Assembly: GCF_006345805.1 (NCBI RefSeq)
Contig: NW_021824036.1
Coordinates: forward strand, 1-19,768
DNA: 19,768 bases
Source: Octopus sinensis
Lineage: Eukaryota
Direction of reading: 5' to 3'
Below, one piece after another: positions 1 through 10,219 of the stretch. The notes below the pieces were generated by a model. It worked only from the letters and a program-made list of their open reading frames with translations, did no database searches and had not been told where the DNA came from. Position numbers and translations under genes: made by a program. Numbering within the stretch: the stretch's first letter is position 1; every line of letters starts with the position of its first letter.

Positions 1-55
<55 letters not shown>

Positions 56-110
56 TACATATATATATATACACATATATATACACATATACACATGCAT
101 AGATATATAT
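1..110. repeat. (AT)n/(AC)n microsatellite
   Basis: Direct dinucleotide runs. Confidence 0.95.
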
Positions 111-454
111 GGATATGCGTATACGTGGTGCCGCATACAATTCGGTTGGTGTTGTCATTGCGGTCTTAGGGTTGTTGTTGTTGTTTTTCTACAATGATAT
201 CAAAACCTGATTTATAGCAAGGTGGGGACGTGGGGGCTGGGAACGGAATGCGATGAAGTTCAGCCTTGTTCATGTCATGAATAACATAACACGCAACCGG
301 AGAATCTAAATCGAATCCCAAACTCAGACCAGCAAGAATTTATTAACACACAAATACGATACAGGCTAATTTGGATACATGCTAATTAGGATAGTCTTAC
401 TTCTCGCTGTTGCTGCTCCCGCCGCTACCCTGCAGTTGTTTTTTCATGACATTC

Positions 455-1223
455 ATGATGATGATGATGATGATGATGATGATGGTGCTGGTGGTGGTGC
501 TAGTGGTGGTAGACGTGGTGGTAGTGGCCGTGTTGTTGTCGATGGTAGCGACGATGCCGATGATGATGATGATGGTGGTGAAGGTGATGGTGATAATGAT
601 AATGTTGACGAAGATGATGATGTGGTGGTGGTGGTGGTAGTGGTGATGATGATGGTGATGGCGTTGATGATGATGATATGATGACGATGATGATGGTGGT
701 AGACGTGGTGGTAGACGTGGTGGTGGTGACCGTGTTGTTGTGGTGTAGGTAGCGATGATGGCGATGATGATGATGATGGTGGTGGTAGTGATGATGGTAA
801 TGATGATGGCGATGATGATGGTGGTGATGGTGATGTCGACGGTGGTGATGATGATGATGATGATGATGGTGAAGGTGGTGGTGGTGGTAGTGGTGCTACT
901 GGTGTTGTTTGTGGTGATGATGACGATAATGATGATGATGATGATGATAATGATGATGATGATAGAGCGAATGCTATGTTGATGATGATGTTGATGCTGT
1001 TGATAAAGATGATGATGGTGAATAGGACAAGGAAAAGGAAGAGAAGAGGAGGAAAACAAGGAGGAGGAAGATGAGGAGGAGGTGGAGAACAAGAGGATGC
1101 TGTTGATTTGATGATAATGATAACGGTGGTTATGTTCGTGACGTTTTCGGTAGTTGTGCTGTTGGTGTTAAATATGATGATGATGAGGATGACGATGATG
1201 ATGATGATGGTGGTGGTCATGAT
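455..1223. repeat. Compound (GAT)n/(GGT)n/(GAG)n trinucleotide tract
   Basis: Degenerate triplet runs; source of the poly-D/M/I/S ORFs. Confidence 0.9.
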
Positions 1224-1307
1224 GGGAAACAATAATCTAATAAATATTCTAATGGCGTTTACAGTGATGAACCTGTTAATATCCTTACGAGAGTTTCAGA
1301 AAGTAGT

Positions 1308-1342
1308 AAAATAAAATAAAATAAAATAAAATAAAATAAAAT
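1308..1342. repeat. (AAAAT)n microsatellite
   Basis: Perfect pentamer run. Confidence 0.9.
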
Positions 1343-1667
1343 ATTTGAAAAAAAAAACAAAAAACACGTAAACAATAAAAATTGACTTCACATGTCAATG
1401 GAAGCAGGATATTGGAACACCCAGTAGAATTCTATTGTGCGATAGAAAATAATAAAAAAATGGCTGCAAAACAACAACAACAACAACAACAAAAACTAGG
1501 CAAAATACTGAAAGAAAACGGCGAGAAGCAAGCGAAAAATTATTGAATCCTAAAAATGGATATTTTAAAGAAAAGGGATCACAATGTGAAGATGTGTAAA
1601 GTGACTGAATACCCCAGGTGTAGAATTAACTGGAAATAGAATGTCATCCACACTATTACGGAAGAAT

Positions 1668-1718
1668 TCTTTCTTTCTTTCTTTCTTTCCTTATTTATTT
1701 ATTTATTTATTTATTTAT
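1668..1718. repeat. (TTTC)n/(ATTT)n microsatellite
   Basis: Adjacent tetramer runs. Confidence 0.85.
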
Positions 1719-1838
1719 TGCATGTTGAACAGTTCCTATCTTGAAAATTTGGAAATGCCAATGTCAAGTTGTGCAAAGAGGAGGAAAAAAATACCCGATG
1801 AAACGCATGAGGTGAACTGAAAACAACATTAGTGAAAT

Positions 1839-1930
1839 TAATAATAATAATAATAATAATAATGATGATGATGATGATGATGATATTAATAGTATTAATA
1901 ATAATAATAATAATAATAATAATGATAATA

Positions 1931-1973
<43 letters not shown>

Positions 1974-1993
1974 TAATAATAATAATAATGATG

Positions 1994-2040
<47 letters not shown>

Positions 2041-2041
2041 G

Positions 2042-2087
<46 letters not shown>

Positions 2088-2118
2088 TAATAATAATAAT
2101 AACGATAATAATAATAAC

Positions 2119-2170
<52 letters not shown>

Positions 2171-2202
2171 GTAATAATGATAATAATAATAATAATAAAA
2201 CG

Positions 2203-2244
<42 letters not shown>

Positions 2245-2296
2245 TAATAATAATAATGATATAATAATAATAATAATAATAACGATAATAATAATG

Positions 2297-2348
<52 letters not shown>

Positions 2349-2366
2349 GAAAATATAATAATAATA
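1839..2366 (+). repeat. Long (TAA)n array with TGA variants
   Basis: About 530 bp of TAA triplets. Confidence 0.95.
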
Positions 2367-2378
2367 AGAAGAAGAAGA

Positions 2379-2764
2379 AAATATAAAGACCTACTCATTG
2401 AAATTGAGAAAATGTGGCATTTCAAGGCGGTTACAGTACCAGTGATCGTAGGAGCACTAGGAATGATCAAGAAGGGAACCGAAAATTATATGAGAATGAT
2501 CCCTGGCTTACCATCCCTGCAAGAAGTGCAAAAGATTGTCTTAACTGTACATCACACGTATTGAGAAGAGCATTGTCGATGTGAGAACTGTTGCTGCTCA
2601 TGTATTTTAATTTAACATTAGAAAAAAAAAAAAAAAAAAAAAATGAACGAACTACTGAGTTTGGTTTAATGGCCTACCAATATACACTATGAGTTTCTTT
2701 GCCCTAGGAGTCGGGAAGACACTCGGCAAGAAATGGAAGGAAATTTGAAAGAAGAAAAAAAAAA

Positions 2765-2765
<1 letters not shown>
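2379..2765 (+). mobile_element. 5'-truncated R4/Dong-type (RLE) non-LTR retrotransposon: ORF C-terminus plus 3' UTR
   Basis: Manual translation from 2379: KYKDLLIEIEKMWHFKAVTVPVIVGALGMIKKGTENYMRMIPGLPSLQEVQKIVLT/(frameshift)TSHVLRRALSM* (TGA 2582-2584). This matches the KYxxL..W..VPxxxGALG..QK..LGTxxxLR end of R4-clade ORFs. (TAA)n lies on both sides. Confidence 0.85.

Positions 2766-2858
<93 letters not shown>
2766..2858 (+). repeat. (TAA)n array
   Basis: Direct; shorter arrays also at 3411-3439 and 3944-3984. Confidence 0.95.
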
Positions 2859-2860
<2 letters not shown>

Positions 2861-3410
2861 GCCCTGATGCAGTACCAGGCAGTGCTCTCATGGCTTTGAT
2901 CTTAACTGATTGGAAGTGTTATCATGTACATTGTTTTGTCTTGGTATAAAAGATGGGCTACAGCAATATTCTGCTCAATACCACAGATTTGCTTGTCAGT
3001 TGTTTGACCGTAACCAGTTGAGCATGTCCCTTAGTGGCTGACGATATATGCATCTCTGATCACGAGCAGAAGTAGTGGGGGAGCATCATAGCCATGTGTT
3101 GAGAGGGATTCTTTGGGGTTTGAATAATTCACCTCTGGAAACATGGGTGGTTCTTTCAACATCCTTAAACAACCCTTATTCAGGGACCTTTTGAGCAGGA
3201 TGGGCTACTCAACCTGAAGAAAATTCTAACTGGGCCCCACCTGGAAGGTCATGTGCTGTTTTTTTTTTATATGAGATCACCATGTTGCGCACATATGATT
3301 GTGATGCATGTGCCTGGTGTACCCTTATCAGACGGGTAGTCATCTGGGTATATGGGCTTCGTATATTTTACCCCAGTGTCACTTTGATGGCATGAACTGC
3401 TCTCTCACTC
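2859..3410 (+). mobile_element. ~550-bp non-coding (TAA)n-embedded element, copy 1
   Basis: Starts ATGCCCTGATGCAGTACCAGGCAG, ends CTCTCTCACTC; TAA on both sides; colinear with 3445-3943. Strand is assumed from the TAA orientation. Confidence 0.7.
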
Positions 3411-3441
<31 letters not shown>

Positions 3442-3444
3442 GAA

Positions 3445-3943
3445 ATGCCCTGATGCAGTACCAGGCAGTGGCTCTCATGGCTTCTGATCTTAACTGACTG
3501 GAAGTGTTATTGAGCAAATATTCTGCTCAATACCACAGATTTGCTTGTCAGTTGTTTGACCGTAACCAGTTGACCATGTCCCTTAGTGGCTGACAATATG
3601 TGCATTTCTGATCATGAGCAGAAGTAGTGGGTGTGTATCATAGCCATGTGTTGAGAGGGACTTTTTGGGGTTTGAATAATTCACCTCTGGAAACATGGGT
3701 GGTTCGTTCAGCATCCTTAAACAACCCTTATTCAGATCTTTATTCAGGGACCTGAAGAAAATTCGGGATGGCTACTTGACCAGAAGAAAAATCTAACTGC
3801 AAGGTCATGCGCTGATTATCTTGATATGGTTGTGATGCATGTGTCTGGTGTACCCTTATCAGACGGGACGTTATGATGGGTATACTGGGCATCGTATATT
3901 TTACACCCATGTCACTTTCATGGCATGCACTGCTCTCTCACTC
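3445..3943 (+). mobile_element. ~500-bp non-coding (TAA)n-embedded element, copy 2
   Basis: Same termini as copy 1, with scattered substitutions, a ~40-bp deletion near 3510 and further indels near 3735-3830. Confidence 0.7.
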
Positions 3944-3984
3944 AATAATAATAATAATAATATAATAATAATAATAATAATAAT

Positions 3985-4126
3985 CCTTTTTTTAATAAAG
4001 GAACAAACTTGAAATTTTGGGGCAAGGCGGCTAGTCAATTACAGTGACCCCAGTGCTCAACTAGTTCTTATTTCATAGACACCGAAAGAATGAAGGGCAA
4101 TGTCCACCTTCGCAGAATTTGAACTA
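3985..4126 (-). mobile_element. Family-A SINE, degenerate partial
   Basis: GAATTTGAACT (B box reverse complement) and a degenerate GAAAGGATGAAAGGCAAAGTCGAC body as in other copies here. Confidence 0.7.
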
Positions 4127-4237
4127 GGGAAAATAAGTGTATAGTTGTATTTCAAAGAGCCAGTTTTGTCACATTCTGTGTCATGCTAAATCTCCCTGAG
4201 AACTAATTTAAGGGCACTGGTACCTGTGGCGTGCGAG

Positions 4238-4350
4238 ATACACACACACACATACATGCATGAAAGTATGTATGTATGTACGTATGTATGTATGTACGTA
4301 CATATGTATGCATGTATGTATGTATATATATGTATCTATGAGTGTGAGTT
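4238..4350. repeat. (CA)n/(ATGT)n microsatellite
   Basis: Direct. Confidence 0.85.
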
Positions 4351-4649
4351 TGTTTTGATTTCTGTCTTCTTGGCTTAGCATTGGGTGATTTTTGCAAATA
4401 TATGCCATTCGTTTCTAATTGTCTGCGAAAACTTGTCTGGTCATACAATGTTATTACCTCCCATGGAAACTTGTAAGGGTTGTTGGCAGCATGAACATCA
4501 GCCGTAGAAAATATGCCACAATAAACATCGTCCGACACATAAACATATAAATGTGGTTGTTAAAACGATGACAATGTCTTCACTATTGATGAGGTGGAAG
4601 AAGAGGAGGTGGAGGAGAAAGAGGAAGAAAATAAAGAAATACTCTGCAT

Positions 4650-4865
4650 TAATATTGGCTTTAAATTTTGACACAAGGCTAGCGAATCCAGGGGAGTGAT
4701 TATATCGACCCCAGCGCTCATTTAGTACTTACTTTTATCGACTGCGTGATACATTGGAAGGCAAAGTCGGCGTCGACGGAATTTGAACTCAGAACGTAAA
4801 AACGGACGACATGACGCTACGCAATTTATCCGGCGTGTTAACGGTTCTACCACCTAGCTGCTTTC
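4650..4865 (-). mobile_element. Family-A SINE, degenerate
   Basis: GGAATTTGAACTCAGAACGTAA...CCGGCGTGTTAACGGTTCTACCA aligns with the head of 7444-7674. Confidence 0.8.
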
Positions 4866-5000
4866 AATGCTGCATATTTATATTACCATTATTTTCGTGA
4901 CACTCCCTTTGATATATAGCCTCGGTTACAAGTAGGTCAAACACACATGCATACATACATACATACATACATACATACATACATACATCATACATACATA

Positions 5001-5563
5001 TTGGGTTGTCCGGAAAGTTCGTGCCGATTTATAGTAGCTTACATTTCGACTTATTTTAGAACATGGTTGAGTCCGTAAAATAGGATTTGACTACACCTTC
5101 ATTTAGAGCACAGTTTAAGCTATCTTTTCGTAGAAGGTTTATGTTCCTATAACCTGTGTTAATTCTGTAACCCTTTAAAATGGAAGATAAGAAAGTTCAT
5201 TTTCGGCAGTTGATGCTTTGGGAACCAGACAAAAATTGCTGCAGCTCGGTTAGGATATGCTACCCCACTCTCCATATTCAGCAGATATCGATCCTTCGGA
5301 TTTCCACTTATTCAGGTTTCTGCAGAATAGTCTTAATGGTAAAGATTCCAGTTCATTGGATAATATAAAAAGATACCTTGATGAATTATTTGACATGAAA
5401 CCACCTCAATTCTGAGAAGAGGGTATTTTCAAGTTAAAGGAAAGATAGAGACGCATTGTGCAACAAAATGGTTCATATTTGGTTGATTAAAAATGTAATG
5501 GCAAGTATTTATTGACCTTTTTCTTTCCTTTAAAAATCGACATGAACTTTCCGGACAACCCAA
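5001..5563 (+). mobile_element. Internally deleted mariner DNA transposon (mellifera-like)
   Basis: 30-bp TIRs at 5001-5030 and 5534-5563 (2 mismatches), TA on both sides, inserted within a (TACA)n array spanning ~4945-5630. Confidence 0.95.
5180..5490 (+). pseudogene. Mariner transposase remnant
   Basis: MEDKKVHFRQLMLWE joined out of frame at ~5224 to TRQKLLQLG*DMLPHSPYSADIDPSDFHLFRFLQNSLNGK...F*EEGIFKLKER*RRIVQQNGSYLVD*; recognisable YSPDxAPSDxHLF motif. Confidence 0.9.
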
Positions 5564-6231
5564 TACATACATACATACATACATACATACATACATACAT
5601 ACATACATTCATACATCCATCCATCCATATATATTTGATATATCTATAACGGACTAAATGCTAGACAGAAATATTACCAAATCGGACCAGTTAAACGATG
5701 TAGAAAGAAACCAATTATAATTCCATATAAGAACTTTATAAAACCAACAATAGAAATAAATCATGAGAGTCAAGAAAATGTTAGCAATCTAGACAAGTGC
5801 TCAGTAGCTCTGCACTTTTTCTCCTGTCATTGAAATTGCAATCTTTTTCTATGACTTACACACTTAAATTATTTATTTTGCCCTAGACTTAATACATCAC
5901 TCTTTTGGAAACGTTGTATTATAACCCACACGACTGACTGACTGACTTAACTGACACACGACCTTCAGCATTAAAGTTGAACAGTTGAAGAAACCTTTGA
6001 ATGAAGATGTTTCTCTCTGTTTGTGTATGTACTTGCGTATGACGGGGATGTAATGTTGAAGAGACAGGAATAACATGAAGAATGAAAGACGAAATGAAGA
6101 AGCAGAAAAGCTAAAAGATAAAATGGAAAAGAACCAAACACACGCACATGTACGTGTGTGTGTGTCTGTGTTTGTGTGTGTGTATGTGTGTGTCTTAGAT
6201 TTGACTGTCAGGTGAAAGAGTCCTCCATACC

Positions 6232-6642
6232 TATTTCTTTATTACCCACAAGGGGCTAAACACAGAGGGGACAAACAAGGACAGACAAACGGATTAAGCT
6301 GATTATATCGTCCCAGTGCGAAACTGGTACTTAATTTATCGACCCCGAAAGGATGAAAGGCAAAGTCGACCTCGGCGGAATTTGAACTCACAACGTAACG
6401 CAGACGAAATACCTATTTCTTTATTACCCACAAGGGGCTAAACATAGAAGGGACAAACAAGGACAGACATAGATATTAAGTCGATTACATCGACCCTAGT
6501 GCGTAACTAGTACTTAATTTATCGACCCCGAAAGGATGAAAGGCAAAGTCGACCTCGGCGGAATTTGAACTCACAACGTAACGCAGACGAAATACCGCTA
6601 AGCATTTCGCCCGGCGTGCTAACGTTTCTGCCAGATCGCCGC
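6232..6642 (-). mobile_element. Family-A tRNA-derived SINE with a tandem second unit; 13-bp TSD
   Basis: AGTCCTCCATACC at 6219-6231 and 6643-6655; two ~183-bp body+tail units; A/B boxes TGGCAGAAACGTTAGC and GAGTTCAAATTCC; central GCCTTTCATCCTTTCGGGGTCGATAAATTAAGTACC resembles the Nin/Deu SINE domain. Confidence 0.92.
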
Positions 6643-6711
6643 AGTCCTCCATACCGTTGTAGAAAGTATTAATATTTTGGTATTTTTATTTTGTCAGTCC
6701 GTGGCTACTCA

Positions 6712-6848
6712 GAGTCGACTTTGCCTAATATTGTTTCGTGATCGATAAATTAAGTACCAGTTGCGTACTTTGGATGATCTAATCGACGGACCCTCTCCCC
6801 CCACCACACACACATTTCAGGCCTTGTGTCTCAAGTAGAAAATAATAT
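6712..6848 (+). mobile_element. Family-A SINE 3' half with alternative tail
   Basis: GTCGACTTTGCC...GATAAATTAAGTACCAG...ATTTCAGGCCTTGTG. Confidence 0.75.
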
Positions 6849-6956
6849 TTGAGACTTTTGTAGTTATATTATTGCAATAAGTTGGCTTAATCTTTGGCTT
6901 GGCAGTATTTCTTCCCGCTCATTACGTTCTACGATCAAATAACATCGAGGTCCACT

Positions 6957-7216
6957 TGGCACAATTTGAACTCAGAACGTAGCGACGGGCGAAATACCTA
7001 TTTCTTTACTACCCACAAGGAGCTACATACAGAGGGGACAAACAAGGACAGACAAAGGGATTAAGTCGATTTACATCGACTCCAATGCTTAACTGGTACT
7101 TATTTTATCGACCCCTAAATGATGAAAGGCAAAGTCGACCTCGGCGGAATTTGATCTCAGAGCGTAACGGCAGACGAAATACGGATACGCATTTCACCCG
7201 GCGTGCTAACGTTTTC
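6957..7216 (-). mobile_element. Family-A SINE with partial second unit, nested in an older + strand copy (~6900-7335)
   Basis: High similarity to 6412-6630; degenerate + strand head (6900-6956) and tail (7225-7335) flank it. Confidence 0.85.
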
Positions 7217-7370
7217 TTTGACAAACGATAAAAATATATTTCCTGTCAAGTAATGAGGTCCAAGTACTCGATTTACACCCCCACCTCCTGCCTCAGAATT
7301 GCTGACCTAGTTCCAAATTTAGAAAGAAATATCATTTATTGCAATATACGTTAACGTTCTTTATGTTTAG

Positions 7371-7393
7371 AACCGAAACCCTGCCGATGTGAA
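7371..7393 (+). CDS. Candidate 23-nt microexon (xPKPCRCE)
   Basis: TTAAC branch-like site, TTCTTTATGTTTAG acceptor, GAA|GTAAGT donor; no homology recognised. Confidence 0.3.
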
Positions 7394-7443
7394 GTAAGTT
7401 TGTTTCTTATTCTTTGAATATACGAATATATCAGAAAAGTACA

Positions 7444-7674
7444 AGGCGGTAAGCTGGCAGAAACGTTAGCGCGACGGGCGAAATGATTAGCAGTATTTCG
7501 TGTGCCGTTACGTTCTGAGTTCAAATTCCGCCGAGGTCGACTTTGCCTTTCATCCTTTCTGGGTCGATAAATTAAGTACCTGTTACGCACTGGGTTCGAT
7601 GTAATCGACTTAATCCGTTTGTCTGTGCTTGTTTGTCTCCTCTATGTTTAGCCCCTTGTGGGCAATAAAGAAAT
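7444..7674 (+). mobile_element. Full-length family-A SINE with 19-bp TSD
   Basis: AATATATCAGAAAAGTACA (7425-7443) and AATATATCTGACAAGTACA (7675-7693), 2 mismatches; A and B boxes present. Confidence 0.92.
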
Positions 7675-7804
7675 AATATATCTGACAAGTACAGACAATT
7701 GTGACTCTCTCGCATTTTCGAAGTCCTGTAATTTAGATAAGAAAACAAAGTACTTTAGTTATAAAGCTACAGTTTTAAATCTGCCATACGTTACCTCTTT
7801 TCAG

Positions 7805-7936
7805 TATCTTCCATTGATAACAGCTGAAAAGCTAGCAAAACTGTGTCTGGGAATCCAAGAGGGGTCTACACTGGGCAGATATTTTGTTTCTACACTGTTT
7901 ACCTTAAGAGAGATTCTTATTTATTTTTGCACCTAA
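7805..7936 (+). CDS. Candidate exon (YLPLITAEKLAKLCLGIQEG...), 3' end uncertain
   Basis: CCTCTTTTCAG acceptor; open frame is in phase with the 7371-7393 candidate; no strong donor seen. Confidence 0.2.
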   Translation, partial: YLPLITAEKLAKLCLGIQEGSTLGRYFVSTLFTLREILIYFCT

Positions 7937-8486
7937 ACTGTTAAGAATTTGACTTTACGATTTGAAATTTGTCACAAACATATTTTAATTAACATAAAGT
8001 TCGCTTCTGCCTAAACACCGCTTCCCGCTGATACTACTGAATAATATTATAGTTTCGGCGTGTTGATATATCGTATATATTTTTTTTCGCTTTCACCAAA
8101 TCAATAATTACAAAAGTCATTTGTTACATATTCAACATCAGCTCTATGTCACCAACCATCTGTATACAATTTCACACAGATATAACGATAATGCTTCATT
8201 ACGTCAATTATTATTTCGAGCCTATTTGTATCTTTATCATTATCATTGTTGATGCTGTCATTTTTCTTATTGTTACAGTTGTTGTTGTTCTTCTTCTTCT
8301 TGTTAGTAATATTACAATTCCTTTTATTGTCAAAAAACAAAAGAAAGCAAAACAAGAATAGTAGAATATATGATTTATTGTTGACTGTTTTTTGTTTATA
8401 TTTTGTTATGATTTCTTTTATGTTTTTATTGGTGTTTTTCTTCTCTTCTGAGACATTCATTGTTTATTTGCATCTGAAGATTCACA

Positions 8487-8538
<52 letters not shown>

Positions 8539-8689
8539 TATTATTACTATTATTATTATGTTTTTTCCTTCTTTCTTCAAATTTTCTTCCGTCTCTCGCC
8601 GAGTGTTTTCCATACACCTAGGGCAGAATTTATTATTACTATTACCATCATTATTATTATTATTATCATTATTATTATTATTATTATTA

Positions 8690-8724
<35 letters not shown>

Positions 8725-8779
8725 CCTTATTATTATATTATTATTATATTATCATTATTATTATTATTATTATTATTAT
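8487..8779 (-). repeat. (TAA)n array on the minus strand, interrupted at 8560-8628
   Basis: TTA triplets on +. Confidence 0.95.
8560..8628 (-). mobile_element. ~70-bp 3' tip of an R4/Dong element related to 2379-2765
   Basis: Reverse complement TGCCCTAGGTGTATGGAAAACACTCGGCGAGAGACGGAAGAAAATTTGAAG aligns with 2700-2751 TGCCCTAGGAGTCGGGAAGACACTCGGCAAGAAATGGAAGGAAATTTGAAAG. Confidence 0.8.
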
Positions 8780-9240
8780 TTTCTCTTTATCACAGGTTTT
8801 GTTGGAGCTCTTAGAGTCTTGCGTGAGTAGCGACCTTATTACCTGTAGCTTACACTACCATGCTATCCGTTCTTTTCAGCTATCTAATGCTTTCCCGATT
8901 ATTCTGGTTATGCCAAGGAGGCAAACCTTCTGTAACAGTTCTACTGGGCACTCTATTCCTATTTCCTTTATATTCCTCTTGATGCCTTGCAATACTATTC
9001 CCAAGGAACCGACATTAATTGGCACTATCTTCACCGTCTTTATTTTCCATAGCTGGGCTGTTTCTTACTTAAGAGTGCTGTATTTATCTATCTTTTCGCC
9101 TTCCTTCTTGACTATTCGCGACTCAAAGGGGCATCCAACGTCAACTATATAATATATGTGGTACACCTTGTCCAACACCACTAGGTCCAGTCTGCTGCTA
9201 TACTCTAGCACCTGATATGCTTGGATTGGGAAATCCCAAC
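8780..9240 (-). mobile_element. 5'-truncated R4/Dong-type retrotransposon with restriction-like endonuclease domain
   Basis: WDFPIQAYQVLEYSSRLDLVVLDKVYHIYYIVDVGCPFESRIVKKEGEKIDKYSTLK*ETAQLWKIKTVKIVPINVGSLG...LLQKVCLLGITRIIGKALDS* (stop 8876-8878); WD..IQ..RPD..D..P..EK..KY motif; ~95-nt 3' UTR then (TAA)n. Confidence 0.9.
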
Positions 9241-9290
9241 CATCATCATCATCATTATCATTATTTATAATAACATTATTATTATTATAA

Positions 9291-9686
9291 GGGGGCAAGC
9301 TGGCAGAAACGTTAGCACGCCGGGCGAAATGCGTAGCCGTATTTCGTCTGCTATTACGTTCTGAGTTCAAATTCCGCCGAGGTCGACTTTGCCTTCATCC
9401 TTTCGGGGTCGATAAATTAAGCACCAGTTACGCACTGGAGTCGATGTAAATCGACTTAATCCGTTTGTCTGTCCTTGTTTGTCCCCTCTGTGTGTAACCC
9501 CTTGAAGGTAGTAAAGAAATAGGTATCTCGCCCGTCGCTACGTTCTGAGTTCGAATTGTGTCAAGGTCGACTGTATCTTTTATCATTTCGAGGTCGATAA
9601 AATAAGTACCGGCTGAACACTGGGGTCGATGTAATCGACTCACCCCTTCCTTGAAACTGCTTGCCCTTGTGTTAAAATTTAAACCA
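9291..9686 (+). mobile_element. Family-A SINE plus a second headless unit with alternative tail
   Basis: Full unit 9291-9520, junction AAAGAAATAGGTATCTCG, second unit to ~9686; sits within TTA repeats. Confidence 0.9.
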
Positions 9687-9742
9687 TTATTATTATTATT
9701 ATTTATTATTATATTATTATTATTATTATTATTATATTATTA

Positions 9743-9777
<35 letters not shown>

Positions 9778-9796
9778 GTTATTATTATTATTATTA

Positions 9797-9827
<31 letters not shown>

Positions 9828-9860
9828 ATTATTATTATATTATTATTATTATTATATTAT
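9687..9860 (-). repeat. (TAA)n array on the minus strand
   Basis: Direct; a further (GAA)n/(TAA)n run at 10190-10295. Confidence 0.95.
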
Positions 9861-10190
9861 CATTCAGTAGTTTTATTTTTATAACGTGCTTTCACTTCAC
9901 TACCGAGCGTAGCTCTGTGTGCCTTGGGTATGTGCTGTGATTTGTTGTGATGCTCTGATGGTTACTGTATTGAAAGTGTTCTGCGTAGGATGTGTGCAGT
10001 GCCTAGTAGTGCAATTTTCTGTATGTTATATGTGTTTGTAAGTCCTGCTGTTTTTGTTATGTACTTGTCTGAATATTTCTTTTATCATGCCTAATGCACC
10101 TATTATGATAGGAATTGTTTCTGTTCTTAGATTCCACATTCTGGTTACCTCTATTTCCAGGTCTTTGTATTTTGAAAGTTTCTCCATTTC
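9861..10190 (-). mobile_element. 5'-truncated R4/Dong-type retrotransposon, third lineage
   Basis: EMEKLSKYKDLEIEVTRMWNLRTETIPIIIGALGMIK/(frameshift)KYSDKYITKTAGLTNTYNIQKIALLGTAHILRRTLSIQ* (stop 9962-9964); distinct ~100-nt 3' UTR then (TAA)n. Confidence 0.9.
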
Positions 10191-10219
10191 TTCTTCTTCT
10201 TCTCTTCTTCTTCTTCTTC

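Noticed and set aside
379-2470. Long ORFs (up to 259 aa) of poly-I/L/Y/S/M/D
   Set aside because: Translations of triplet repeats, open on both strands, with no domain content.
1839-3984. Repeat-spacer alternation reminiscent of CRISPR or telomere arrays
   Set aside because: Repeats are variable-length TAA runs and the spacers are retroelements; eukaryotic context, no cas genes, no TTAGGG.
4127-4545. Possible fragments of other SINE families (4127-4230; Meta-domain-like 4455-4530)
   Set aside because: Resemblance is from memory only, too degenerate, and there is no second copy in the window.
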